NCBI RefSeq assembly: GCF_963921235.1
Contig: NC_086102.1
Span: forward strand, 163,432,001 to 163,496,000
Reading direction: 5' to 3'
DNA length: 64,000 bases
Source: Mobula hypostoma
Taxonomy: Eukaryota
The notes under the pieces were generated by a model. It was given only the letters and a program-made list of their open reading frames with translations. It was not told the origin of the DNA and did no database searches. Position numbers and translations under genes: made by a program. Positions 49,402 through 61,400 of this stretch are shown here, in pieces. Numbering within the stretch: position 1 is the stretch's first letter; each line of letters opens with the position of its first letter.

Positions 49402-50730
49402 CTGCAGAATGAAAATATGTTAATATTCATACATATATATACAAACACACATGAAGTGTAATTATTCTGATATGGAACTAATACTTTTACTAAAAAAATT
49501 CTTTAACATTTTTCCTCCATACTACCACATATTCCTAGAGCTGTCTATGTAAAAGCTATAATTATATCTCTTAGGCAATAAATACAGTAACATTGCAACA
49601 AAAAAATTACCATGCTACTATATTACTCCACTAGTGTTAACGACTTTGGGATATCTGGGGCCCATAACGGATATTGTACACTGTAAATGCGAAATGCCAA
49701 TGCAGTTTAGGGAACTTCCACTGAAATGCCATTAACATGGCAAAATATGACTTGATTCCAAATTAATTTAAATAAGAATATTGACTTAAGAAATTACTGT
49801 AACTATTGCAATATAAGACTACTTTTTGTTCTTCCCTGCTTTAACTTAATCTGTTTGATGAAGGTAGCTCTCTGAAACTTGGGGTTAATCATGAATCCAA
49901 TCCAAACTAAATATTACATATGAGAAGAAAAGGTCCCTTTTTTTAGATAGTACATAAAGTAAAAATCAGTTTCCATGGAAAATATGGCGCTGTGACCAGA
50001 AGTCTAGATGTGCATATTAGTTTGTTGTAACTATTGAATAATATATGGCTATTGTTATTTAAATCACAGTGATTCCAAATGAGAGTTCCCATGAGAATAT
50101 ATATTTGGATATGAAGTATGTTTTCAAGTCCGCTCATACATTTAAAGTATACTTAGGTCAAGTCCTTTCAAATTTCTGAATTTTCAGGCATTGTAAATCA
50201 GTGAAAGTTTACAATAATAAATTTAAATTAGTTCAAATTAATGGAAATTTAAAAGAGATACAGACAAAATCTTTGCAGTAGTGTATTTTGTTAGGTCTTA
50301 TCCACTTATGGCTAAGTCCACTGATATCAAGTGGAATAATCTGAGCCTTTTCCAAGAATTGCTTAAATTGAGAATACACTGTGCACTGCCCAGCAAACAG
50401 AAAATCACATTTCTAAGCGTTCCTGCCAAAAGTCATTCTCTTGATTAAATATTTCAGAAAATGTTATTTATTAAACTAGATCTATTTTAGTTTGTCCATA
50501 TCTTTACCAAGATCACCAAATGCAAGCCCATTTACAGAATGTTGCCAAAAATCTCTGGATAATTCCTTCACACTTTTCAGCCATTAGCTACAAGAGGAAG
50601 GAAAATACTCTCACCAATGTGTGATATTCTTTGATAATCTGCTCCCTCATGTGACATTCTTTGATAAACTTGTCAATTTTTAAGAAGATTGCTGGAATTT
50701 AAAGTTAAAAATCAATTTACTGTAAGATAC

Positions 50731-51214
50731 CTGCAACTGTGCAGCTGTTTTTCTGCTTGGCATTTTGTCGAGATTCTTTCATCCATGGGAAGATTTGCTT
50801 GGTAAGGGTAGCAGCCGGGCTGCTGGAAGAATTTGGAATGGACTTGGTTCTTTTCTGAGTTGCAGCGTTGTTTCCATTGGGTGAAGGTGGCAAAGGAGGT
50901 GGTTGCTGTGGCTCACTGATGCTTGGATGTTGGGCAGTGCCTTGACTGCCACCTGTTCTCATACAGCTGCCATTTATATCAGTGGGCTTATGGGATTGGG
51001 CTCTGGCACTAGATGTTTGAATTGGGCACGTTGAGTTCTGATAATCATTGTCAACCGATGACGGTGGGTAAGCTTGATGACTTGAGCTGTAGTTATATGT
51101 ATTGGATTTTTGGTAGGAATAACCACTAAATATTCCAGAGTTGTCATAGTAAGTTGCTTTTTGCATCTCGCTATTTCGAAATGACAGGGTCTTGACACCC
51201 TTATCGAATAGCAT
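50731..51214 (-). CDS. hoxd3: HoxD3 coding exon 1
   Basis: MLFDKGVKTLSFRNSE-MQKATYYDNSG...KQIFPWMKESRQN. Donor GCAG|GTATCT; upstream acceptor catccag| at 51267. Second in-frame ATG at 51166. Confidence 0.93.
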
Positions 51215-53637
51215 TGACACCTTTGATCACACAGCACGTTTACAACAATCGCCAGAATGCAGAGCTCCTGGATGTTATAAAACAAAACATAATAGAGTGA
51301 AATGTTCAGAACATAATTGCTTTAGCATACAAACTAAAATAAAACATCCATCCTATGAATGATGTTTCACAATCTTGTCATTAGCAGACTTGATCATTTT
51401 TTTCCTTTACAAGTTTGAGAATTATTCTTTTATGTGACAATAAATAAGTTAGTGAAATATAAAATATATTAGTTGACAAACTCAGAGAGACTATTATAAT
51501 TTTCTAATAAATTTAAGAGTTGGCTCCTTCAGTTGGAAGCAATTAGCTTCAGTTTGTATACTCAGCTCTCTATGATAATTTGAACAAGCTGTATAAAATG
51601 CTCATAGTTCAAGTGATGTATGAACGATTACAATTACATTGCACTTCTTTGGCAATTTATTATTATTATTTGAATCTACACTGCATTATCCACTTACTGA
51701 GATCCACTACAGACAAACTGTCCTTTTAATTCATTTACCAAATCATAATATAAAGGAATGTTAAGAAAAATGATGAGTTGTACCATTTGAAATATATCAC
51801 AAAATTTAGAACCAAAAAAAAACAACTGTGCAGTTTTCCTATTCCATAATCTCAAAGTTAATGGATATTACAGAACGCTAGATATGTCCCTGTCATGCTT
51901 GATCTAAGTGGATTTCGGTGGGACACACAGTGCTATTCCAGTTGACTTCACTGATTGAGGCCATTTTTATAATGGTGAGAAACAAAAAGGCCCCTCTTAA
52001 AAAGAGTGAAAAAACCACAGTCACAGGCGACTTATTTGCCTGCAGCATTTGCTGTGGGTACAGACTGTTTTATTCTGAGATCTGGACGCTATTACATTCG
52101 ACATGATGGATCGGACCAGTTCCAAAACCTGAAAAACCAGCGAAGTGTACCCTCACCATTGTTGGCTTCCTTTCCTTCAACGTAAGAATGGTTTGTTTTA
52201 AGCTAATGTTTCTTTCTGTTGCTCGTTTTGCTTTATGACAGGGGATAGACATTGTAGTTAAAGTATAACTAGCACCTATTCAAACTCTTTGTTCCAATCA
52301 AAAACAGAGAAATGACCAAGTCAGCATTTCACCATTTGCTCTGCGCTACTTAATGCATCATTGCATTGTCCACAAAATAACATTATTAAATAAATTCATG
52401 TTAACATATTTATGTTAAAATAACACAAAGCCCAGCTAAACTATCACATAAAGTAACGAATAGATGTACTTCTTAGCGTTAACTGACCATCAAACTTTTC
52501 AGTCAAGAGACGTTTTATTGGAACTGAATTCAGACGAAAAATTATATATATGCACTTTATGTACCCTAGTTCCAATCAAACAAACGTCCTTTAGTTACTT
52601 ACAGCGCCATTAGTAAGATAATTACATCTAATTTCTTACAAACTCTTGGCAGTAGCCTTTTTTTAACAGAATTAACCTGACGTAGTCAGGAAACCTCCCA
52701 AATGGCCGATGTCTGCGTGAACTGGGCGGCGGGGGGCGTGGGGGGCGTGGGGGGAGGTGGTGGTAGAGAGTTGGGGGTTGGTTGTTGTGGTCAGCAACAA
52801 AATCGGGCCTTTTTGATTGAATCAAGTGCCTTGTTCTCGTTTAGATCGCCCTAAGTTATGTAGTAAACTAGTAGGTTACTGTTGTGATTAGAATTAAATG
52901 GTTACTATGAAACAAATCGTTGTAAAACACATAAACTTGAAACATAACACTAATATGATTGACCTGGATTTAAGCTTCAAATATAATACTTAGTCTACAA
53001 AACCATTTAAATAAAACATCCTTGTATAAACTGGCTCAAGAATTGGACGTATGACTTATCTGGCTACTATATCACGTCACAAATAGATTTTCTATTCATT
53101 TGGAAAAAAAGCCTTCAGCCATACAAGACCTGACATTAAAATGAAATATGAGGTTTATGATCTGTGGCCTCCAAAGTTGCAGCTCGGCACACGTGCACAT
53201 CTCTGCTGTTCCCTTCAAAGAAGTAATTCAATGTTTTGTTTAGCCTTCCGTTACTTGTTTCTAGGCATTTTCGTTATATTTTATTATATTTTGTTACCCA
53301 GCTTTCCCGTCATGACCATTTCGCCATTTTAGCTTAATAAAATTGGCATTAGATTTCTGCTCTTTGCTTGACTTTTTTAAAATCTGAAATCTAATTACAT
53401 TTCTATTTGCCCCACCCCGTCTCCCCATCTAATCAGTATTTTATGTGAGAGATAAGAAAGTGACCCAGTATTATCTACTGCTGCGGGCTCTGAAACTTGG
53501 TCATCACAACCAGCTTTCTCGTTTGCAGTGCATTTGGAACTGTTATCTTCGGAGAATCAAAACTAACATTAATATTAAGGTAACGTGAATAGACTGTAGT
53601 GTAGCTGAAAATCTGGCCCAGAAACTCCAACTGCTTG

Positions 53638-53681
53638 TGAACTCTGCTTGAACCTAAATCGCAGCCATGGGCCATAAATCA
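53638..53681 (-). promoter_or_regulatory. DR5 RARE plus Pbx-Hox site upstream of HoxD3
   Basis: Minus strand GGTTCA-agcag-AGTTCA (53654-53638) and TGATTTATGG (53681-53672). Matches the conserved Hox3-associated DR5 class. Confidence 0.82.
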
Positions 53682-55997
53682 TTTGGACAATGGTCAACTG
53701 TTTCTGCGTTCATCTTTCAGATCTTTCTTACCTTACATGTTTTCTAAATGCAAGGGTGCATCACCTAATACAGGGGTTTGATAAGTAACACCTTGATATG
53801 GACCATCACTTTTTTTTCGGTGTGTTCCCAGATATATGATCTACGATCGTGGAACGCGTGGCCGAAAAACAAAGCAGCAAATTATTCGATATTCTTTGTT
53901 AACATGAGTGCAAAATGTTAGTTCAACAATGACGAAAGCTAGAAGGCCGAATTGGTGAGGTTGGGGGGGGGCGGGGGTGGGCTGTTTCATGAAAGGATGG
54001 AGGGCAATGAGCTAAATTTCCATTTCCCATTGTCGAAAATTTCAACTCTCACCGTGGAGAAGGTCTGGCACAAATTAAACTTCTGTGATAACGCAAGGAC
54101 ACATCAATAGTCCACCATTTGCTATATTTACCCTGTCTATATTCCCTGTGTTCTGTCCAACTATTTAATGTTCTTGTACCGTTTTATTTGTATAAGGCTG
54201 AGCGTCTGAATTGCAGTTTTTCAGCCAAACACTAGGCCAATAATTACTTCCGATTTATTTTAACTTTCACTCATGTATTAATAGAGTAGCCGGTAGCCTA
54301 AAATTTAAAATTTATCTCCTAGTTAAAGTTATTAAGAAGCCGGAATCCTAGCAGCGCATATCAATGCACCTGTCATTATGTGCTACGCAAAATTTATGGC
54401 TGCGTAGTCGTGAACGCTTCGCTTCAGAATGGGAAAGAAACACTTTCCAAAGAACTGTTATCCTCAGAAGTGTAAAATAGCTCGAGCGGAGGAGGAAAGA
54501 CCTGAAAAAGAATGTCCACACTCCGCAAGTTTTTTTTACCTACGTTTCGCCAGCTCTAGTAGGATTTTATATAAGGCTTTGAAAGTAGTCCAGGAATCTT
54601 AAATGTGTTTTAGCTGGCGAACTTTTCACATGTAGCAGAATCGTATGGCTTAAACTGGAGGATCTGAAAATTATCTTTGATAAATGCAAGTTGGGAGCCA
54701 AATTTGAAATCAAGTATTTGATTTCAGGTATGAAGTCAAAAAAGGGAGACTTGAAAGCTTATGTTTTTATTTTGTTAAACTCACCAACTAGCGGGTGTAT
54801 TCAGTGTAGTGTAATCTGCTTAGTGATTTTAAACGTAAACTACAAATTATTTAATCATGTAATATGTTTTGTTAAAAACGTCCTTACGAAAATATTTATT
54901 GCCCTCAGCTATTGCTGAGGATTATTTTTGGAATTTAACGATATTGATTTTGTTTATACTTTGCGGATCATTTCTGACAAGGAATTCGGCTGCCTAGACA
55001 CATCTGCCCATATTTCAGCTTGGATCACGCAATCCCCTCCAAATCTGCGGCTGGTTCCAGGACGGCAGACGTTTAAAAACTTGGATTTCAAGTGGAATGA
55101 TTTGGCACTCTTTCCACGACTGTGGTGTAGCAACCCAGGCTGCCAGAGAGATTGTATAAAAGAAACTACATCCCGATTCACCTTTCAACTTATTTTCGGG
55201 AAGTTTATTTTATACGACATTGAGTACGTAGGCAAACACATTTAATGTAGACTGCCAAGATTACATGAGTTATACGGCCCTTATATACAAATTACAGGAA
55301 GTGCTGATTTTATGAGTCTGCCGTGTATTTTAATTAACTTATAAACTATGTACTTTAGTACAAAGCAATTGTGTTGATTCTGTTAACTAAGGGCGATGTA
55401 CGATTTAAAAGAAGCAGAGTTGATGGCAACGTATTTAATTTGAATTTAACGAGAGAGATTAAGCAACAATGTAACAAAAGTAAGGTGAGGGAGATAATGT
55501 TACTGTTCGAACGAACCACTTTCCCAAGACTTCATAAATCTTTATGCTGGATAAATACTGCAGATTTAAAGACCAACTATAAACAATTCTCATTCTGTAC
55601 ATTAAGAATGGCAGTAAAGTGGTGAGATTAAACAAATGTTCACTTTATCTTATTTTCAATTCTATATGCTCCAGAGTGGATATATGATCTATATTTTTGA
55701 AGTACTAACAGATGCAACCCAAGCTATTAGAATTACCGATAAGTTTTCAAAAGTTTGCTTCCAGCTCAAAGTAGAACATGACGACATCTCGAGAAGAGCC
55801 ACAAATAAAGAACCCAAGTATCTCGACCCTGTCCGTACAAACAACATGTTTCATTTCTTCTTTGTTTTCTCATGGCCATAACATAAAAGTACGAACTAGT
55901 TCTCCATTGACAAATCTCAATTGCACACAGAATCCGAAGGCGCATGGAATTCAGAGCTGTTAAGCAAAAGGGAACAAAAAAAAATCAAACAACTCAC

Positions 55998-56077
55998 CAG
56001 ACGCAATGTTTTTATCTGATTTTCTGTGGATTGAATTTGTAATTTGTCCGTATTGACCAGGGGCCGCTGGCTTTGTT
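55998..56077 (-). other. Candidate non-coding 5'UTR exon of HoxD3
   Basis: 80-nt segment bounded by acceptor cattttctttcag| and consensus donor CTG|GTGAGT. The HoxD3 coding exon begins with an acceptor, so upstream exons are expected. Confidence 0.6.
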
Positions 56078-58302
56078 CTGAAAGAAAATGTAATTACAGT
56101 TTCTGTTTCAAATGCATTAATAACATTTTTGTATATCACATATATTTCAGGCTGCCTTCCCGGATCCTATCAAAGAAAACAACCAGTAGCAGGCAGCGAA
56201 GATTCGTTTTTAATAAGAATATTTTTATTGTTTACATTAAGAAGTATTTAAAACAATGCTTCGTTGTGGCCTTTAATACAATTACTATTGCATTTGGTTA
56301 TTCTTTAAATGAAAGCAGAAATAAATTAAGCATTATGTCCTTCCCTTCAGAAATTAGAAACAAAGTATTACTGATTGCAATGCTGTGTGATTAATGACTG
56401 GGAGTCACATTGTCAGTGACTTTTTTTAAGTGAAAGAACTGGTTAAATATATACATAGTAATGATAAAGATTAGAATTTGATTTTTGGGGAATTGTTTGA
56501 CAAATAAAGCTTCACAAAAATTTTTATACAATAACCAATCATTTATGTCAAGCGGTTTTCTTAACGCAAGTTGTTATTGCCAAGTGAAAATCTATTAATA
56601 GCATCCAGGATTTTATATCTAAACTCGCAATTAGCGAATCAGCAGTTCGCTTTGAAGGTGGATTTATGCACTTTCCCAGAAAGGTACATCTTAAATGGTC
56701 GTTTAATAGAAGCCGGGCCTAAACAAGGCATTGAATAAAAATCTGGGATTTGTATCGGGTTGCTTTCAGTTTCCCCAAGCCCTAATCTGACCATATCAAT
56801 ATAGCTCCTATATATATTTCTTTTTCTCTTGATGTTTAGATATGTGTATTTAGTGAAAAATTGACGCCGCTGTCGAACATTTTTTACATAAACGCACAAA
56901 ACAATACAAATATGGAGGATTGCAAGAAAGAGCCTGGCGCCATATATAAAACTCATGAATAATGTATTATATTGACAGGCGGTTATGCTTTGTCATTGGG
57001 ATACCAAACATCACGTACGTATTATTTTATATCGATTGGGCATATTCATAACAACAAAAACACTTCGGTTATACAAAAGATCATATAAATGCAATAACAG
57101 AGCTCTCCTGGAGCCTCCAAATAGTCTCCAAATTTCAAATTTCCGTGAAAGAGGGAAATAGAACACGCACCGAACCTGAAGTCGTGCAGAAATTGTACCA
57201 CTGAATATTATACTGAGTTAAATTGCATGCTTTAATTTAGAAATACATTTAAGAAAAATCAGCAACTGTGGCAGATCAAATGCACAAAGAAATCCCAGTC
57301 ATTAGCTGACAAAATGTAAGTCATAAGCCTTTGAAATGACCTTTGGCTTGTACAGCAATAACTCACCACTTAATGAACAACCAACGGAAGCGCCTTCACT
57401 ACCTCACAATACAGCCCATCACACAACTTCACCGTGGTTTTTCTATCCCTCTTTAATCCCACTAAGACGCAGCACCTTACAAACTAGCCTCACCAACTTG
57501 TGCCGATATAATGTGAAGTTAGAAGAGGATCCAAATCACAGTCGCCAAGGCATTAGGTCCTGGATCCAATGCCTCCCACCATAATGTGTGTAATGTATTC
57601 ACGTGGCCATACGTCAATTTATAAGCTTTTATTTCTCTGTAATCACTGGAAAGTAAGTATTTGCAGAGAAAACTCGCTACTTCCCAAGGAAACCACTAAG
57701 ATGGACAAACTTTAAACAGTTGGTTACTTTCAGGTGGTTTTGATAAATGTGCTCAGCCATGGTCTGAACGGTAAGTTTTTAATCATCTTGCTTATTAATT
57801 TCGCAGAAGTGCGAGCGAACTCTAACACTGCGGCCCTAAAACCTTATAAAACAGTCTAGTCATGTAAATAGAGTCAGTAAAAGAAATACATGAAAAAGTT
57901 TTGGAAACTTTCTTTGTCACTTTACTAAATTGCTAAACTAGTTTGGCAGGAGAAAGTCGAGATAGCTATGTATTTATTACGTTTACTGCCCATCAGAACA
58001 TAGGGCAACCGAGTGTACCTCTAAGTCTAAGGCAGTTTCTGTACTGGGACCTGAAAACTTCTGACTTTATTCGGAGATTAAAAGTTTAAAGACAGACTAT
58101 CAGGCAAATGTTGATAGTTACCATGGCGAGAGCTATACAGATATTTATTGAAATTTTAGGTGAAGTTATAAGTGAGTGGCCCCATCGAGCAAAATGAAAT
58201 GCTACTCACAGTAATTGGATTTAGCTGGCTAACATGGCAGACCAGCAGCTTCGAGGCATGCAGCAATGAAAAATGTTCGACTCAAAAAGTTTTTTTTTTA
58301 AC

Positions 58303-58460
58303 NNNNNNNNNNNNNNNNNNNNNNNNNNNNNNNNNNNNNNNNNNNNNNNNNNNNNNNNNNNNNNNNNNNNNNNNNNNNNNNNNNNNNNNNNNNNNNNNNN
58401 NNNNNNNNNNNNNNNNNNNNNNNNNNNNNNNNNNNNNNNNNNNNNNNNNNNNNNNNNNNN
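58303..58460. other. Assembly gap (158 N)
   Basis: Run of N following a poly-T tract. Confidence 1.
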
Positions 58461-61400
58461 GTGGACATTCCGTGAAAATGCCCCTTACACACACAATGAT
58501 TTGGGTAACTTATATGTGCACATTATATGTGTGGACGTCCCTTCATAATTACAACGATTACGACACATAATTAGGTGCACTGTTTTAGTGCAGTTTAATT
58601 TAGAAGCAGCAATTTCAATCACACTTTAGATTCTAGGTTATGCCCGTATCTGAAAAGCATCTAGGGGTAAGGTAATAATATTAAGATACCATATTCAGGC
58701 CTGGAAATTACACGACACTTTGTATTTTAAGATGGAAAGTAATAGAGCTCTATTCTAGACAGTATTTAATAAAAGTAAGTAAATGCGTTTCTGGAACTGG
58801 AAGAGAAAAAGAATTATCTTAACATTTAGCATTTAAATTCTACTAATACTGTTGCCAAATCATTAGCGAATTGAATCAAAACGGGATGATTTAATCTCTT
58901 ATAAAACCTAGTCAAACTTGAAGTGTATAATTACAGAAATGTTGCATTTAAGCAATTGCAGAGATTACCCTCTGACGTGACCGCAGTAAAATAAAATTAT
59001 ACTCGATTTTTTATGCTGAATAATTTTTGAACTACTGTTATACTGAGTTCCTCGAAATTCATAAATTGTTTTCCTTGAACGACAATAACCTTAATTGAGA
59101 AATAATTTATACAGGCTGCTGCAATAACTTCAGCCCGCAATATATTTCTGTAACGCATAAATCACAGAAGACTGCAGCCTGACGATAAGCTAGAGACAAC
59201 AAATTAATGTGATTTACGATCTAAGTTTGCTTGTGACAGTTTGAAAAGTTCCCTGGGTTTCTGTGCCTTTTTATTTCGTTTTCATTTTACATAAAACTGC
59301 AGCATCAGCTGAAATATAGCCACAAGACAAATTTGGGACTGCTCTGGTTTGCCCGATCTAACCTTTCTCAAATGGCGCACTTTCGTGAAACAGCAAAATG
59401 TTCTTTAAAATCGACTTTTCTTTTGCTACAAAATCATTTTTCTTATCTGCTACAGAAATGGAAACAATGCACGTTTGATTCAGAATTTCATACAATTTGG
59501 TGGGAACAATATGCCCTTTCGCTGCAGGGATTATGCAAACTTACTGCTAAAGGTTGCATTTTATCAAACGATTGCTTACCTGTGTGTCAATTTATCATAA
59601 ATCTGTGCTTTCCAAACACAACCTCTTAGCTTGCAGCTGCGAATAATATCCTCTGTCGTTTGTCTGCAGACAATGCTGTCTTAAACCAGATCTTGCGGCT
59701 TTACAGACATTTCGATACGAAAAGCAGACGGTATTCCCGATAGAAATGGCTTCAGTCTCAGGAACAACTACCAATAAAAACGGCGTACAGAGGTGTTTTT
59801 GCTTTAAATCTAAATCGAGATTTTATAATCGAGCAACTAACAAGAAAGTGATATTTATAAACCGGTATGTATTCCTTTAAAATGTTGCCATTTATGAATT
59901 TTATAGTGCAACGGATACCTTTTATAATCAGAAAATATAGGCGCTGCCTTAAAATACAGGCATATTTGTTCACGTGATCTGTGTTACCAGATTGTTCTGA
60001 TTGAGCCAGTAAGTTGAGCCAGCGCTACCTCACTAACAGCTCTTTAATATGGATAGTTTGGAGCTTTGAACTACTTCTTACCTGAACACTAACGGGGAGT
60101 TGAGTAAAAATTTAATATTTTGTGCTGCACGTGTAAAAGGTGGTAAAGTTAGACTTCACTGCATCGTCTTTCTGTGCGGAACCACGTTTACTAGAGCGAA
60201 CAATAGATTTGTATATTATTGTTATTACGCCGTCACTGGGTCAATATGTTGTATATCATTATTCGTCCGAGCGTGTTGAGTTAATTATTGCACCCCTTTA
60301 TTACAGAATAAGATTTTGTAAATCAATGTGAGGGGGCAAAGAATTGGCGTAAATTACTCAATCTAGTTTAAAATACTTTAGCGTTTTTCAAGTATGATGT
60401 ATAAATTGGTCTCAAAACATGGGCATAAAATGACAAATTCAGCAATAAACTTATGTTTGGATAGGCTTTGTGAAGTGTTTACACCTAGGTCCTGCGAATG
60501 AACGGGAATTTCCCATTTACCCGGGTCAGTGTTTGAGCCAGTTAAGTGGAAACTTTGAAATACAAAACTCTGTATAGATAAGATTTCCTTGAAGCTCAAT
60601 CTCACCTACTCTCATTTTTGGCAGGACAAATTAATCATCGTTCTTAACTGTAGAATTATATAGAGAAATTGATGAGGGTAGAACAGGAACTAATGCGGGA
60701 TTTCTCACTTTCTCTTTCAGGCGAGGCATTTAAAATCACAGGAGCCAGTAGCAACTGGGCGCTGGGAAATACTTCATTCTGCTTCTGTTCTTATTTTGTT
60801 TGCTCCCTCCTGAAATTGCTTTGTTGAATTATAATGTTTTTAGTTATGGAAAATTAATTCTCAGTTGCTTTTTATCGAACTGCTTAATATTTCTGTTAAA
60901 TGCTAGTAGAAACTATTTTAACCTCTAAAACATTTGTCTGTAATTTAATAGCAATAAAAAACATTTCTATTGACAGTAATGCATGACCTTATTGCACCTA
61001 GCACAGGCTTAACGCAACATTTATCTAAATTACTTTACCCTCTGTGGCTCTATATGGTCGTTATAGAAATATTGCTTTGCAATTACTGCATTATAAATAA
61101 TTTAAAAGGAAATAAAACGGTTACATCTCACTGTTTAGCTAAAGAATTACTTTTCCACTAAAACTATACAAGCAACTTCAAATCTTTATTTTCTGATGAT
61201 CGTTCATACTGTGGGAATTTGTAAAGATAATAAATATTTTATATGATATATATTTGTGACTTTGAAACAGCCCCTTTTATAATATTGTTCGACCCCACAA
61301 ATATAAATAGACCAATTTATTACCGCAAGTTATGCCTTCGCTGATAATTTTATGAGGAACCGAAGAAAAAAGCAACTAAGTGCTAACGCTTGCCACTGTG

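Noticed and set aside
49850-49885. Hammerhead-like tTGATGAaggtagctctctGAAAC in the HoxD3 intron
   Set aside because: Core C is missing, helices are weak and helix I does not close; at best a very old relic.
54129-54150. TACCCTGT resembling the miR-10 5' end (also ACCCTGT at about 55826 and 62063)
   Set aside because: Only the seed matches and no hairpin is evident. miR-10b lies upstream of HoxD4, outside the window. As target sites these appear intronic.
58172-58570. ORFs spanning poly-X
   Set aside because: Artefacts of the assembly gap.
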